Below are positions 49,309 through 58,201 of a stretch of 64,000 nt of DNA, piece after piece. Made by a program: the position numbers and the translations under genes. Location: NCBI GenBank assembly GCA_022822065.1, contig JAJECI010000009.1:1340-65339 (forward strand), written 5' to 3'. This stretch comes from Candidatus Dadabacteria bacterium. Lineage in GTDB: Bacteria; Desulfobacterota_D; UBA1144; Nemesobacterales; Nemesobacteraceae. How positions within the stretch are numbered: the first letter of the stretch is position 1; each line of letters begins with the position of its first letter. Under the pieces are notes generated by a model. The model worked only from the letters and a program-made list of their open reading frames with translations. It made no database searches and was not told the origin of the DNA.

Positions 49309-49719
49309 TTAACCTTCTTTTCTCTGGTAGGGGCCTTCTTCAGATTCATACTTGGTGGGGCACTTCGCAAGAAGCAGGTCCGCCTCAAAAACGTTATCGG
49401 CTGAGAACTTGCCCTCAACGACCGCCTCAACCCCGTCTGTGAATATATCGGGAATTATGCCGTCGTACTCGACGTCGATTTCACCCTTGCCGTCCGCTAT
49501 GGTAAACCGAAGCGAATCATCTAGCTCGTTCTTTATTGAACCGTGAACCACGGTTCCGGAAACCCTTACCTTCTGCCCGTAGATGTCCGGGACGTCCTCA
49601 AGCAGTTCGTCAACCGTTATGTAGTAGACCATGGAATCCTTGACTCCCGCGAAGACAAGCCAGGAAATCAAAGACACTATCACCAAAAGAGGCAGAATGA
49701 ATTTGAGCTTACCCTTCAA
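49309..49719 (-). CDS. ccmE: Heme chaperone CcmE, CxxxY variant
   Basis: TTG start, N-terminal TM anchor and OB fold. The C-terminal LLAKCPTKY replaces the canonical LAKHDENY (Cys codon at 49360-49362, Tyr codon at 49348-49350). Confidence 0.88.
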   Translation of the reverse strand: MKGKLKFILPLLVIVSLISWLVFAGVKDSMVYYITVDELLEDVPDIYGQKVRVSGTVVHGSIKNELDDSLRFTIADGKGEIDVEYDGIIPDIFTDGVEAVVEGKFSADNVFEADLLLAKCPTKYESEEGPYQRKEG

Positions 49720-49856
49720 CTTTCACCTCCGCTTCCGGGGCCGTCCCCGCCCGAGAGCAGTTTTTTCCTTATCGAAGCCGACTTCGCGCGCAGGTAGAGC
49801 ACGTAAGCGATAAGAGAGCCCCAGACAAATACGCTTGACCAGAGGAAGTATTCCAT
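49716..49856 (-). CDS. ccmD: Heme exporter protein CcmD (46 aa; below the ORF-track cutoff)
   Basis: My own translation gives MEYFLWSSVFVWGSLIAYVLYLRAKSASIRKKLLSGGDGPGSGGES. It has a single TM helix, lies between ccmC and ccmE, and its stop overlaps the ccmE TTG start. Confidence 0.7.
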   Translation of the reverse strand: MEYFLWSSVFVWGSLIAYVLYLRAKSASIRKKLLSGGDGPGSGGES

Positions 49857-49862
49857 CGCAGA

Positions 49863-50522
49863 CTACCCCCCTCGCCCGCCCCGGGCGTAAAGAGCATTTT
49901 CCATGTTCATTATCCTCCTCCTCTCACCAAGGAGCAAAACGAAAAGAAGCGTAAATCCCAGCAGCGTGACCAGAAGAGTGTGCATCATGGCGGGATCTAT
50001 GCCACCTCCCCCCGGTCCGAAGACCACGGGCGATATGCCCCTTTTTATACGGGCCGAGACATAGACCACGGGAAGATCCACGTAGGCTATTATGGCGAAT
50101 ATGGCCGAGTATCTGGCCTTTTTCCCGCGCCCCCCGGCTCCTGAGCGCAAAACCAGATAGACAGCGTAGAGAACCCAGAGAATAAACGTGGTCGTCAGCT
50201 GCGGGTCCCATGTCCACCAAGTTCCCCAGACCGGCTTTGCCCAGATGCTCCCGGTGATAATCGTAAGGGTAAGAAGCAGCATGCCTATCTCGGCCGAGCA
50301 ATAGGCAAGCGTATCCCATTTCGCCGTTTCCTTCACCAGATAGTAGATACTAGCCACGAAAACCACGGTAAACGCCACTGTGGCTGCCCAGACCGTACCC
50401 ATGTGGAAATAGAAAATTCTCTGCACATGGCCCATGACTATCTCGGTAGGCGCGTAGAAAAGCGTCATCCAGGTTGCAAGAACCATCAGCGCAAACGTCA
50501 GGAAAAACAGTATTTTTCGCAT
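49863..50522 (-). CDS. ccmC: Heme exporter protein CcmC
   Basis: 219 aa with the WWD motif WGTWWTWDPQLT. Confidence 0.9.
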   Translation of the reverse strand: MRKILFFLTFALMVLATWMTLFYAPTEIVMGHVQRIFYFHMGTVWAATVAFTVVFVASIYYLVKETAKWDTLAYCSAEIGMLLLTLTIITGSIWAKPVWGTWWTWDPQLTTTFILWVLYAVYLVLRSGAGGRGKKARYSAIFAIIAYVDLPVVYVSARIKRGISPVVFGPGGGGIDPAMMHTLLVTLLGFTLLFVLLLGERRRIMNMENALYARGGRGG

Positions 50523-50542
50523 TTTTTTTAAAAGGAAAGGGG

Positions 50543-51241
50543 TCAGTCCCCGCTATCCTCAATAAGATACTCAAACAGAATAGAGCATAAAAGGATGAAG
50601 ATTATATCGAAGGAAACCAGCACCTGCAAAGAAAAAGCGTAATAACCAAAGGGCTTTCCTTCCAGGATTGAAGAGCATATCCCGACCGAGGTTATCACGA
50701 CGGGTATGATGAGCGGAAAAACCAGCAGGGGAAGCATCATGTCGCGAAGCTTGGTATTAAGAGCCATCGAAGAAAAAAAAGTGCCGAGCGACACAAAACC
50801 TATCGTTCCAAGAACCACAACCCCGAGAAAAGGAAGTATCTCTCCCGTGAGGGAAAGAGAGATCCCCTTTGCGTTGAGGAGAAAAAACAGAAGGAAAAGC
50901 GGAAGTATGAAAAGCTCTGAAAGCAGAACCATAACCACGTTCGAAAGCAGCTTCCCGAGATAGATGCAGCTTCTGCTCACTGGGGTCAGAAGAAGAAACG
51001 CGAAGGCGTTATTTTCCTTTTCAAGCGAAAAAGATCTTCCAAGAGCCAGCAGACCCGAAAAAATAAAGGTTATCCATATAACAGCCGAGACCGCCCGGAA
51101 ATTAATATCCGAGCGGAATTCAAAGGCGACATTGAAGATAAGAAGAAGCAGAAGCGAGAATACGAACATCGTTGGAAATATCTGCTTTGAACGCCACTCG
51201 ACAAGGAAATCCTTTCTGAATATGAGAAAAATTTTTCTCAC
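50543..51241 (-). CDS. ccmB: Heme exporter permease CcmB
   Basis: 232 aa with six TM helices, located between ccmA and ccmC. Confidence 0.85.
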   Translation of the reverse strand: MRKIFLIFRKDFLVEWRSKQIFPTMFVFSLLLLLIFNVAFEFRSDINFRAVSAVIWITFIFSGLLALGRSFSLEKENNAFAFLLLTPVSRSCIYLGKLLSNVVMVLLSELFILPLFLLFFLLNAKGISLSLTGEILPFLGVVVLGTIGFVSLGTFFSSMALNTKLRDMMLPLLVFPLIIPVVITSVGICSSILEGKPFGYYAFSLQVLVSFDIIFILLCSILFEYLIEDSGD

Positions 51242-51984
51242 CGCCCGTCACCGCTTCTGACGCAAGACATGTAGGTGTCCTGAAACTCGTCGCGACCGGG
51301 CTTCTGCTCGGAGACATAGACCACCTCTCCGTGATCAAGGATTGCGACTTTATCGCACAGCGAAAGTCCCTCGAAGACATTATGGGTTGTCATAACCACG
51401 GTTTTGTCAGTTTTCATTGAACCGAGGATTGAGGTGAGAATGGCGGCTCCGCCGTAATCAAGCCCGCTGTACGGTTCATCAAGAAAAAGTATCCCGGGGT
51501 CATGAAGAAGCGTCCTGGCGATAGCCAGGCGCTGGCGCGTTCCGAAAGAAAGCGTGCTCACAAGCGCGTCTTTCCCGGCATAGAGATCAACCTTCTTGAG
51601 AACATCAGAGCATCTGTTCCTAAGATTAGGCACGTCGTAGAACGCGCCTATGAATTCGAGGTTTTCCCAGGCGGTAAGGTTTTCGTAAAGCATCGTGTTA
51701 TGGGAAATGAATCCTATCAGTTTTCTTATTCGCTGTTTTTCTCTTGAAACGTCAAAGCCCGCCACAAAGGCCTCCCCGTCGCCGGGCTTTATGAACGTTG
51801 CGAGGATGGAAAGCAGGGTTGACTTGCCGGCGCCGTTGGGACCGAAGATCGTGAGAAATTCCCCCTGGCCAACCGCAAGATCGATTCCTTTTAGAACGGG
51901 AAAAAACCCGAACTGCTTTTCAAGTCCCTTGGTTTCTATCGCAAGTACGCCGGGCTGCATATCATTTTCCGAGGATTTTTTCAT
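51238..51984 (-). CDS. ccmA: Heme exporter ATP-binding protein CcmA
   Basis: Walker A GPNGAGKST, signature LSFGTRQR and Walker B LFLDEP. The start is uncertain; candidates are the ATGs at 51984 and 51960, and the track ORF extends to 52059. Confidence 0.85.
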   Translation of the reverse strand: MKKSSENDMQPGVLAIETKGLEKQFGFFPVLKGIDLAVGQGEFLTIFGPNGAGKSTLLSILATFIKPGDGEAFVAGFDVSREKQRIRKLIGFISHNTMLYENLTAWENLEFIGAFYDVPNLRNRCSDVLKKVDLYAGKDALVSTLSFGTRQRLAIARTLLHDPGILFLDEPYSGLDYGGAAILTSILGSMKTDKTVVMTTHNVFEGLSLCDKVAILDHGEVVYVSEQKPGRDEFQDTYMSCVRSGDGR

Positions 51985-53011
51985 AACCGCCGATCTCTGA
52001 AACCCACTGTGAAAGCCCCTCCATTCCCGCCTCGTAACCGCACACAGGTTCATATCCAAGATCCCTTCTGGCTCTTTCTATGCTGTAGGTTCTGCTTTTC
52101 GAGAGTGCGCATACCCCGAAACGGGTAAGGACGGGAGGAGTTTCAGACTGCCTGAGTTCAAAGATTTTCTCAAGAAGAAAAGCGACGCAGTAACCAAGGG
52201 CATAGGGTATGGTAATCGGTTTTTTCCACTCAATTCCTATTGACCTAAGCTGATCAGAGACAAAACTGCCGGTATCAAGCTGCAGCCCGTCATTTACAAA
52301 GTAGGTGTTGCCGGGCGCGGATGGCGCGGAAGCCGCAAGCACCGTGGCGTGAGCAAGGTTAAGCACATGGCATGGAGAGACAATTTTTTTGTTGAAACCC
52401 ATGTTGACCAGAATTCCCTTCAGGCAGGCGTCAGCTATTCTCGGAAGTATGACCGTGTCACCGGCTCCCCAGACGTTTGACGGTCTTAATATGACCGTTT
52501 CCAGGCCTCCAAGTCCGTTATATTCTCTCACAAGTTCTTCAGATAAGGCCTTGGTTTCAGTATAAAAATTGCTATAGCTTTGCGGGCATGGGTAGCTCTC
52601 ATCCACATCATCAAGGTTCATTGTTCCGAAAAGAGAAGCGTTCCAGAGAACTCCGGAGGAACTCATGTAGATAAACCTTTTTACCCCGGCCTCGATACAG
52701 GACTGAAGAAGGGTTTTCGTCGCCTCCACGTTCTGCCTGAAAAAATCATCCCTCGGTCCCCAGTCAGAGACCTTGGAAGCAAGGTGAAAAACGTAATCGC
52801 ACCCTTCGGGAAAAGATTCAAGAGAGCTTGAGTCGCAAAGATCCCCGTGGACAAGCTCCGCACCCAGGGGACGCAGTTTTTCTGTATCGCTTGTTTCTCT
52901 TACCAGACATTTTATCGAAAAATCTTCGTCTGCAAGTTTTTCAGCAAGCTTGCCACCGATAAAACCCGTCGCCCCGGTTATTCCCGCTTTCAGATTCTTT
53001 GAGGTTCCCAT
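51962..53011 (-). CDS. NAD-dependent epimerase/dehydratase (extended SDR)
   Basis: Rossmann motif GATGFIGG and a YxxxK-type core. 349 aa. Confidence 0.8.
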   Translation of the reverse strand: MGTSKNLKAGITGATGFIGGKLAEKLADEDFSIKCLVRETSDTEKLRPLGAELVHGDLCDSSSLESFPEGCDYVFHLASKVSDWGPRDDFFRQNVEATKTLLQSCIEAGVKRFIYMSSSGVLWNASLFGTMNLDDVDESYPCPQSYSNFYTETKALSEELVREYNGLGGLETVILRPSNVWGAGDTVILPRIADACLKGILVNMGFNKKIVSPCHVLNLAHATVLAASAPSAPGNTYFVNDGLQLDTGSFVSDQLRSIGIEWKKPITIPYALGYCVAFLLEKIFELRQSETPPVLTRFGVCALSKSRTYSIERARRDLGYEPVCGYEAGMEGLSQWVSEIGGYEKILGK

Positions 53012-53207
53012 AAGTTTAGGGGCCTATGATTAAGAGAGTTCCAAACTGGTAAACGAGAGGAATTTTAGCCATATACCGATGACTCTTTAAACTTAGGAAA
53101 GCAATGTTCCTTCGTCTCTTTGCTGTTGCTTTTACCGAATGCCCCGCAATTCTTATTTTGCTTTGATTTCTCTATATCTTTTGAGGTCATAATCCAGAAT
53201 TATGAAT

Positions 53208-53242
53208 CAAAAAAAAGGCAGAGCAGTGATCGTCTTTCTGCT
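53208..53242 (-). terminator. Intrinsic terminator downstream of the nuclease-helicase gene
   Basis: The minus strand reads GAGCAG, an 11-nt loop, CTGCTC, TGCC, then TTTTTTTT. It lies about 55 nt after the stop at 53297. Confidence 0.6.
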
Positions 53243-53296
53243 CATGTCTAATCGTAATCAGCATCAATTATAAATCACCCATTTACCTTATTCCTA

Positions 53297-55228
53297 TCAT
53301 AGTTTTTGCCATTCTATGCAGTCGTGGCTCTCGTGTATTTTCAACAAATCATTCTTAATAGTGCTGTCTTCACAGGACAAATTGATTACAAGTGTATCAA
53401 TCGCTCTTGACATAGGAATCATCATCCATCGTCCGGCATCTCTTCGAGCAAAATCTTCGGGGAACATCTCCCCTTGTTTTCTCCCTTGATCAATGCCATT
53501 TTGATATTTTAGGTCCCAAAACTTGTCAAAGCAGAATAAAAGAACTGTCCAGCCTTCCAGTCCTCTGCTAGACTCATATTGTACAATTCGAAATTCGTCT
53601 TTACTCGGCAGAATTTTCTTCCGTATATCTGCTGAACATCCATTCCAAGACTTTATACCATCACCTTGGTACTTTATACCTACTATTGATTCTTCTTTGT
53701 TAACCATAGTCGGAGGTACACAAGCAAGTATATCTATTGGAAAATTTCCTTCCTCCTGGGCTTGTTCACAAAGTTTCTTATATACATCCGGTCGAGAGGC
53801 GAGATCACCTTCTAGAATAAGTACACGTCCACCAAAAGCATCGTCGTTCGGATCCACATCCCATGTATCAAGTTTAAAAACATGCTGAGCCACATCAAAC
53901 ATAAACAATGCCAAGTTGTTTTTCATACGCACGCCTTTACGTAAAGGATGCCGTACATAAGCATCTGGTTCTACCCCTCGATCCCAACCACTACTGGCAG
54001 CAGTGCTTCGGCGAGTCCGCACAAATTGATCGACTCCATCTGCCACAACAATATTTTCAATACCGAACAACCACCTGAATATCTCTATTTCGTTGTCCGG
54101 CCAATCTTGGCCTTCGTCAACAAAAACAATATCAAAATCAAAATCCTCTGGTGAAAGCTTTCTATACTTTTCCACATCTTCTTGCGTCAACGCCCCTTCC
54201 CTGATGTAATTCAGCATCTGGTTTTTTATGTCTTCAAAGCGTTCAAAAAAATCGTCGCAATCTATGCCTATTTTCCGGGCTAATTTCCCTATCAAAGAAT
54301 GAATTGTCGAAATTGAAATACCACCATCCGCAAGATCATCTGGGATGCCCATTAGTCCCTTCAGTCGTTTTAAGTCTGCTACGAGAGCTCTATTGTATGT
54401 AATTAGCAATGAACGTTTGTTGTGTCTGCGAAAAGCATGGTCAGCAAGCTGCATGAGTGCAACTGTTTTCCCTGTTCCGGCCCGCCCTCTGATTATAATT
54501 TGTTTTTTGCCTATATCATCCAGCCACCTTCTTCTCCAATGACCACTTGCTATCAGATCCATTTTACGTCTATCCATAGGGGTTGGACGTATTTCTTCCA
54601 TGATTTTGCACAGACCGTCGAAGCAACTTGAATTTCGTGAGTAATCCATGGTAACTTCGTCGGGTTGCTTGTCCCTGTACCCAGCAAATTGAAATTGAGC
54701 ATTGTATAGAATTTTTTCGATTGGCGTAGTTGATGCAATAAAGTTTCCACTATCAGGTAAATCGGAATGTTCAAGCTGAGTAAAAAATATTAAATTGCTG
54801 ATAAACGAATAATTTATTCCTTCAGACTTCAAATGATCTTTAAAAGAATGTAGCTGTTTCTTGCTCTGTTCCGTAACAGATTTCCAATTTTCGCGGTTAC
54901 GATATTTGACAAAAGCAACTCCTCCTTTAAATCGGACATTCCGCGGGTCATGCTCCTTAACTTCTATTAACATCACAAAGTCTTTCACCGAAAAACTACT
55001 GAAAGATTCCTTATATGGGAATTGAACGGTTCGACAATCGGTAAAATTACCTGCAATTATCAAGTCGATATCTTCTACCTTGCCTCCATGTACCATGTAG
55101 CCAACAAAAATTACAAGCTTATCATTAGCGTCTTTCCCGAGGTCTGGCCAAATACTCAGAAAACGTTTTTTTAGCTTTTCTGCTGCTTTGTATTCACTCC
55201 CTTCAGTGTTACCTAAAATTTCAATCAT
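53297..55228 (-). CDS. NERD/PD-(D/E)xK nuclease domain fused to a UvrD/DUF2075-like SF1 helicase (Nhi-like single-protein defence candidate)
   Basis: 643 aa. The N-terminus has EDIDLIIAG...FVMLIEVKEH (D..D...E.K nuclease signature, nt 54950-55075). Walker A is GRAGTGKT (nt 54464-54487) and Walker B is IVFVDEGQD. C-terminal SF1-like motifs are YESSRGLEGWTVLL and MSRAIDTLVI. The gene is markedly A+T-rich compared with its flanks. Confidence 0.7.
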   Translation of the reverse strand: MIEILGNTEGSEYKAAEKLKKRFLSIWPDLGKDANDKLVIFVGYMVHGGKVEDIDLIIAGNFTDCRTVQFPYKESFSSFSVKDFVMLIEVKEHDPRNVRFKGGVAFVKYRNRENWKSVTEQSKKQLHSFKDHLKSEGINYSFISNLIFFTQLEHSDLPDSGNFIASTTPIEKILYNAQFQFAGYRDKQPDEVTMDYSRNSSCFDGLCKIMEEIRPTPMDRRKMDLIASGHWRRRWLDDIGKKQIIIRGRAGTGKTVALMQLADHAFRRHNKRSLLITYNRALVADLKRLKGLMGIPDDLADGGISISTIHSLIGKLARKIGIDCDDFFERFEDIKNQMLNYIREGALTQEDVEKYRKLSPEDFDFDIVFVDEGQDWPDNEIEIFRWLFGIENIVVADGVDQFVRTRRSTAASSGWDRGVEPDAYVRHPLRKGVRMKNNLALFMFDVAQHVFKLDTWDVDPNDDAFGGRVLILEGDLASRPDVYKKLCEQAQEEGNFPIDILACVPPTMVNKEESIVGIKYQGDGIKSWNGCSADIRKKILPSKDEFRIVQYESSRGLEGWTVLLFCFDKFWDLKYQNGIDQGRKQGEMFPEDFARRDAGRWMMIPMSRAIDTLVINLSCEDSTIKNDLLKIHESHDCIEWQKL

Positions 55229-55528
55229 ATTAAGATTCCCTTATACATAGAAAAATAGGTAATAATACCAAGGCTTAACTCTAATCGAATCCACATTTGT
55301 ATTGTAACCATGTTTCTCATTTCTCGATTTCCTTCCCCCAGTCCGGTTTCCGGAATCTTTTCTTCCCCTCAACGTCTTTTTTCGAGGGTATGACCTTGCC
55401 GGGTTTTTTGGCCACTGGCTTTCTGGTTTTCGGCTTTTCGAGTTTCTTTTGAGTCATCTTTACCGCTCAGGAAATCACAGAGTATAATAATTGATAAGCC
55501 AGATTGGACAAACTGCCCGGATAGTCAT

Positions 55529-55912
55529 ATGCGATATCTCCACACAATGATAAGGGTCGGCGACCTTGAGAAATCAATCGCTTTCTACACCGATGTCATC
55601 GGTCTTAAGTTTCACAGGAAAACGGATTACCCCGAAGGCCGTTTCACGTTAGCTTTTCTGGGTTACGGAGGTGATACGGAACCTTTTCTTGAACTTACGC
55701 ACAACTGGGACACGTCCCGATACGAACATGGAGAAGGTTACGGACACATGGCATTCGGGGTAGAGGACATATACGCGACTTGCGAGAAGATAGAACAGGC
55801 AGGAGGACGGGTAACAAGGGCTCCCGGGCCCATGAAACACGGAACCACAGTGATAGCTTTCGTCGAGGATCCCGATTCCTACAAGATTGAGCTTATACAG
55901 AGAAAAAGCTGA
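55529..55912 (+). CDS. gloA: Lactoylglutathione lyase (glyoxalase I)
   Basis: 127 aa: MRYLHTMIRVGDLEKSIAFY...LELTHNW...GYGHMAF...YKIELIQ. Confidence 0.9.
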   Translation: MRYLHTMIRVGDLEKSIAFYTDVIGLKFHRKTDYPEGRFTLAFLGYGGDTEPFLELTHNWDTSRYEHGEGYGHMAFGVEDIYATCEKIEQAGGRVTRAPGPMKHGTTVIAFVEDPDSYKIELIQRKS

Positions 55913-55921
55913 TTCCCTCAG

Positions 55922-57232
55922 TCACCTTTTTCTCTTTTTCCACCTTGCGTCCAGATACTTTTTGAGATTAGCCTCCCTTCCCTTCTCAGTGGGTTCGTAG
56001 TAGACGCTGTCCTTTATTTCCTCGGGAAGAAAGTCGTCCTCGACGAAGTGATCTTCGTAGTCGTGGGCGTACTTGTAGCCTTTTTTGTAGCCGAGATCCT
56101 TCATGAGCTTAGTAGGGGCGTTTCTCAGGTGAAGCGGAACCTGGAGTCCGGGATTTTCTCTTACGTCTTTTTCCGCCCTCCGAATAGCCCTGTAGGCGGC
56201 GTTGCTCTTGGGACAGCTTGCAAGATAGGTAGTTACCTGGGAGAGGATTATGCTGCTCTCAGGCATCCCCACGTAATTAACCGCCGTGAAGCAGTCGGTC
56301 GCCAGGGTAAGGGCATAGGGTTCTGCGTTTCCGATGTCCTCTGAAGCAAGTATCACAAGACGCCTGGCAATGAACTTTGGATCCTCTCCCGCCTCAAGCA
56401 TTCTGGCCAAGTAATAGACCGCCGCGTCGGGATCGCTTCCCCTGACGCTTTTTATGAAAGCGGAAATCGTATTGTAGTGCTCCTCTCCCGCCCTGTCGTA
56501 GAGAAGTCCCGTCTTCTGGAAAACTTCTTTTACCAGATCAGAGTCGATCTCAGTAAGTTTCTTTGAACGAAGAAGAGAAGAACCGATTTCGAGGGCGTTT
56601 AGCATAACCCTGGCGTCTCCGCCACAGAGCGCTATGAGTTCGGCTCGAGCCTCGGCCGAAATACCGACGCCCGTAAGAAGCTTGTCCCCGGAGAAGACTT
56701 TTTCCAGTATGTGATCAAGCTCCTGAGCTGAGAGAGGGTTAAGAACATAGACCTGGCAGCGGGAAAGAAGAGGACTTATGACCTCAAACGAGGGGTTCTC
56801 GGTCGTGGCCCCTATGAGAATCAGAACCCCTTCCTCGACGCTTTTTAGAAGCGCCGCCTGCTGCGCCTTGTTGAATCTGTGTATTTCATCAATGAAAAGT
56901 ACGGTCTTTCGCCCGGAGTAAAGAGCGTCTTTCGCGGCTGCGACAATATCTCTCAGTTCCTTCACTCCAGAGGAGATCGCGTTTATCTGTACGAACCTGG
57001 CACCCGCCCTGCCCGCAATAAGCCTTGAAAGCGTCGTCTTGCCCGTTCCCGGGGGACCCCAGAATATCATGGAATGCGCTCCCCCGGCCTCAAGAGTTTT
57101 CGTCACGAGCCCGTCCGGCCCTATCAGATGCTCCTGGCCTACCATCTGTTCTATGCTCTCGGGTCTCATTCTCTCGGGAAGAGGAAGAGATTCTTTCTGA
57201 GGTCTGAAAAGACCCGGGTCGTCAGGGTTCAA
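55922..57232 (-). CDS. rarA: Replication-associated recombination protein A (AAA+ ATPase)
   Basis: Walker A GPPGTGKTT, Walker B LFIDEIHRF and a MgsA C-terminal domain (YYLARMLEAGEDP). Confidence 0.9.
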   Translation of the reverse strand: MNPDDPGLFRPQKESLPLPERMRPESIEQMVGQEHLIGPDGLVTKTLEAGGAHSMIFWGPPGTGKTTLSRLIAGRAGARFVQINAISSGVKELRDIVAAAKDALYSGRKTVLFIDEIHRFNKAQQAALLKSVEEGVLILIGATTENPSFEVISPLLSRCQVYVLNPLSAQELDHILEKVFSGDKLLTGVGISAEARAELIALCGGDARVMLNALEIGSSLLRSKKLTEIDSDLVKEVFQKTGLLYDRAGEEHYNTISAFIKSVRGSDPDAAVYYLARMLEAGEDPKFIARRLVILASEDIGNAEPYALTLATDCFTAVNYVGMPESSIILSQVTTYLASCPKSNAAYRAIRRAEKDVRENPGLQVPLHLRNAPTKLMKDLGYKKGYKYAHDYEDHFVEDDFLPEEIKDSVYYEPTEKGREANLKKYLDARWKKRKR

Positions 57233-57372
57233 GTCTGTCTCCTGCTTTTAATGCGTGTTTCGTATAACGCCGATGAAAAAGACGATACCGAGCTATTTTC
57301 AGGATTGCAAAACGCTTTTCGTCTTCAATCTGACATCCACAGCCGTGCAGCTTTTTCTATTCAATTCCCGAT

Positions 57373-57750
57373 TCAAAAAGCGATGCGTTTTACGCCGTCA
57401 ACAAAATCGAAATGGGTATCGTTGCTTAACACCGGGAGAGAATGTTCACGGGCCAATGCCGCAATCCATGCGTCATTTGTCGGGATAGGCTTTCCCAGCC
57501 GTTTCAACTCCAAGCAGATATTCGCGTATTCATGCGCAGTTGCTGAGGTAACGGCAGCGATTTCGGTCAACGGCAAGTACCGGCGAAGCCATTCTTCGTA
57601 ACGGTTCCGATAACGCGATTGACGAATACCGGAGTAATACTCGCCGAAAACGACACTCGGAACAACAAGCCGGTCAGCGGCCCGAAAAGAGGCCTCAACT
57701 GTCACAAGCCCTTCTGACCATGCGGATAAGGCGTTGGTATCGAGTATCAC
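57373..57750 (-). CDS. vapC: Type II toxin VapC (PIN-domain ribonuclease)
   Basis: 125 aa with PIN acidic residues in MILDTN, GEY, TNDAWIAA and SNDTHF. It overlaps the upstream antitoxin gene by 4 nt. Confidence 0.85.
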   Translation of the reverse strand: MILDTNALSAWSEGLVTVEASFRAADRLVVPSVVFGEYYSGIRQSRYRNRYEEWLRRYLPLTEIAAVTSATAHEYANICLELKRLGKPIPTNDAWIAALAREHSLPVLSNDTHFDFVDGVKRIAF

Positions 57751-57998
57751 GCAATATCCTCAGGGGAAATCGTTTCAAATTCCTCCTCGATTATCCCAAG
57801 GATGCGGCGGTTCTCGTCCGAGAGGTCCGACAGCGCACCGAATCCGGCCATCCATGGAGGGTCCGTTTTGCTTGTGCGACGACGAATATGCTCCTGCAGA
57901 GCTTCTGTGAAAAACCGCTTCAAAGAGATACCGCGGCTAGCCGCAAGAGCCTTGGCCTGTCTGAAAACGGTGTCTGGAAGTTCAATGGTGGTTTTCAT
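57747..57998 (-). CDS. vapB: Type II antitoxin (VapB-like)
   Basis: 83 aa beginning MKTTIELPDTVFRQAKALAA... It is translationally coupled to vapC. Confidence 0.75.
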   Translation of the reverse strand: MKTTIELPDTVFRQAKALAASRGISLKRFFTEALQEHIRRRTSKTDPPWMAGFGALSDLSDENRRILGIIEEEFETISPEDIA

Positions 57999-58201
57999 AC
58001 TGCCATATTACCATAATTACGGGAGTCTTGTCAAAACACCTGATTGCAGTTGGCACAAAGCCACCGAAGTTAACAGCAAAAACTTGAAAACTGAGTTCGT
58101 GCAGAACTGTATGCGGTTCCACACAGGACTACTATTTGAAAAACTCTCCTTCCTTTCCGCGGTTTTGGAAAAAAAGGCCATTTGGTTATAATCAGCCCAT
58201 C

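Noticed and set aside
53245-55292. Direct repeat TCTAATCG(T)AATC flanking the nuclease-helicase gene (about 53246 and about 55280), considered as att-like island borders.
   Set aside because: Only 8 nt match exactly. A match of that size between two roughly 250-nt A+T-rich flanks is expected by chance.
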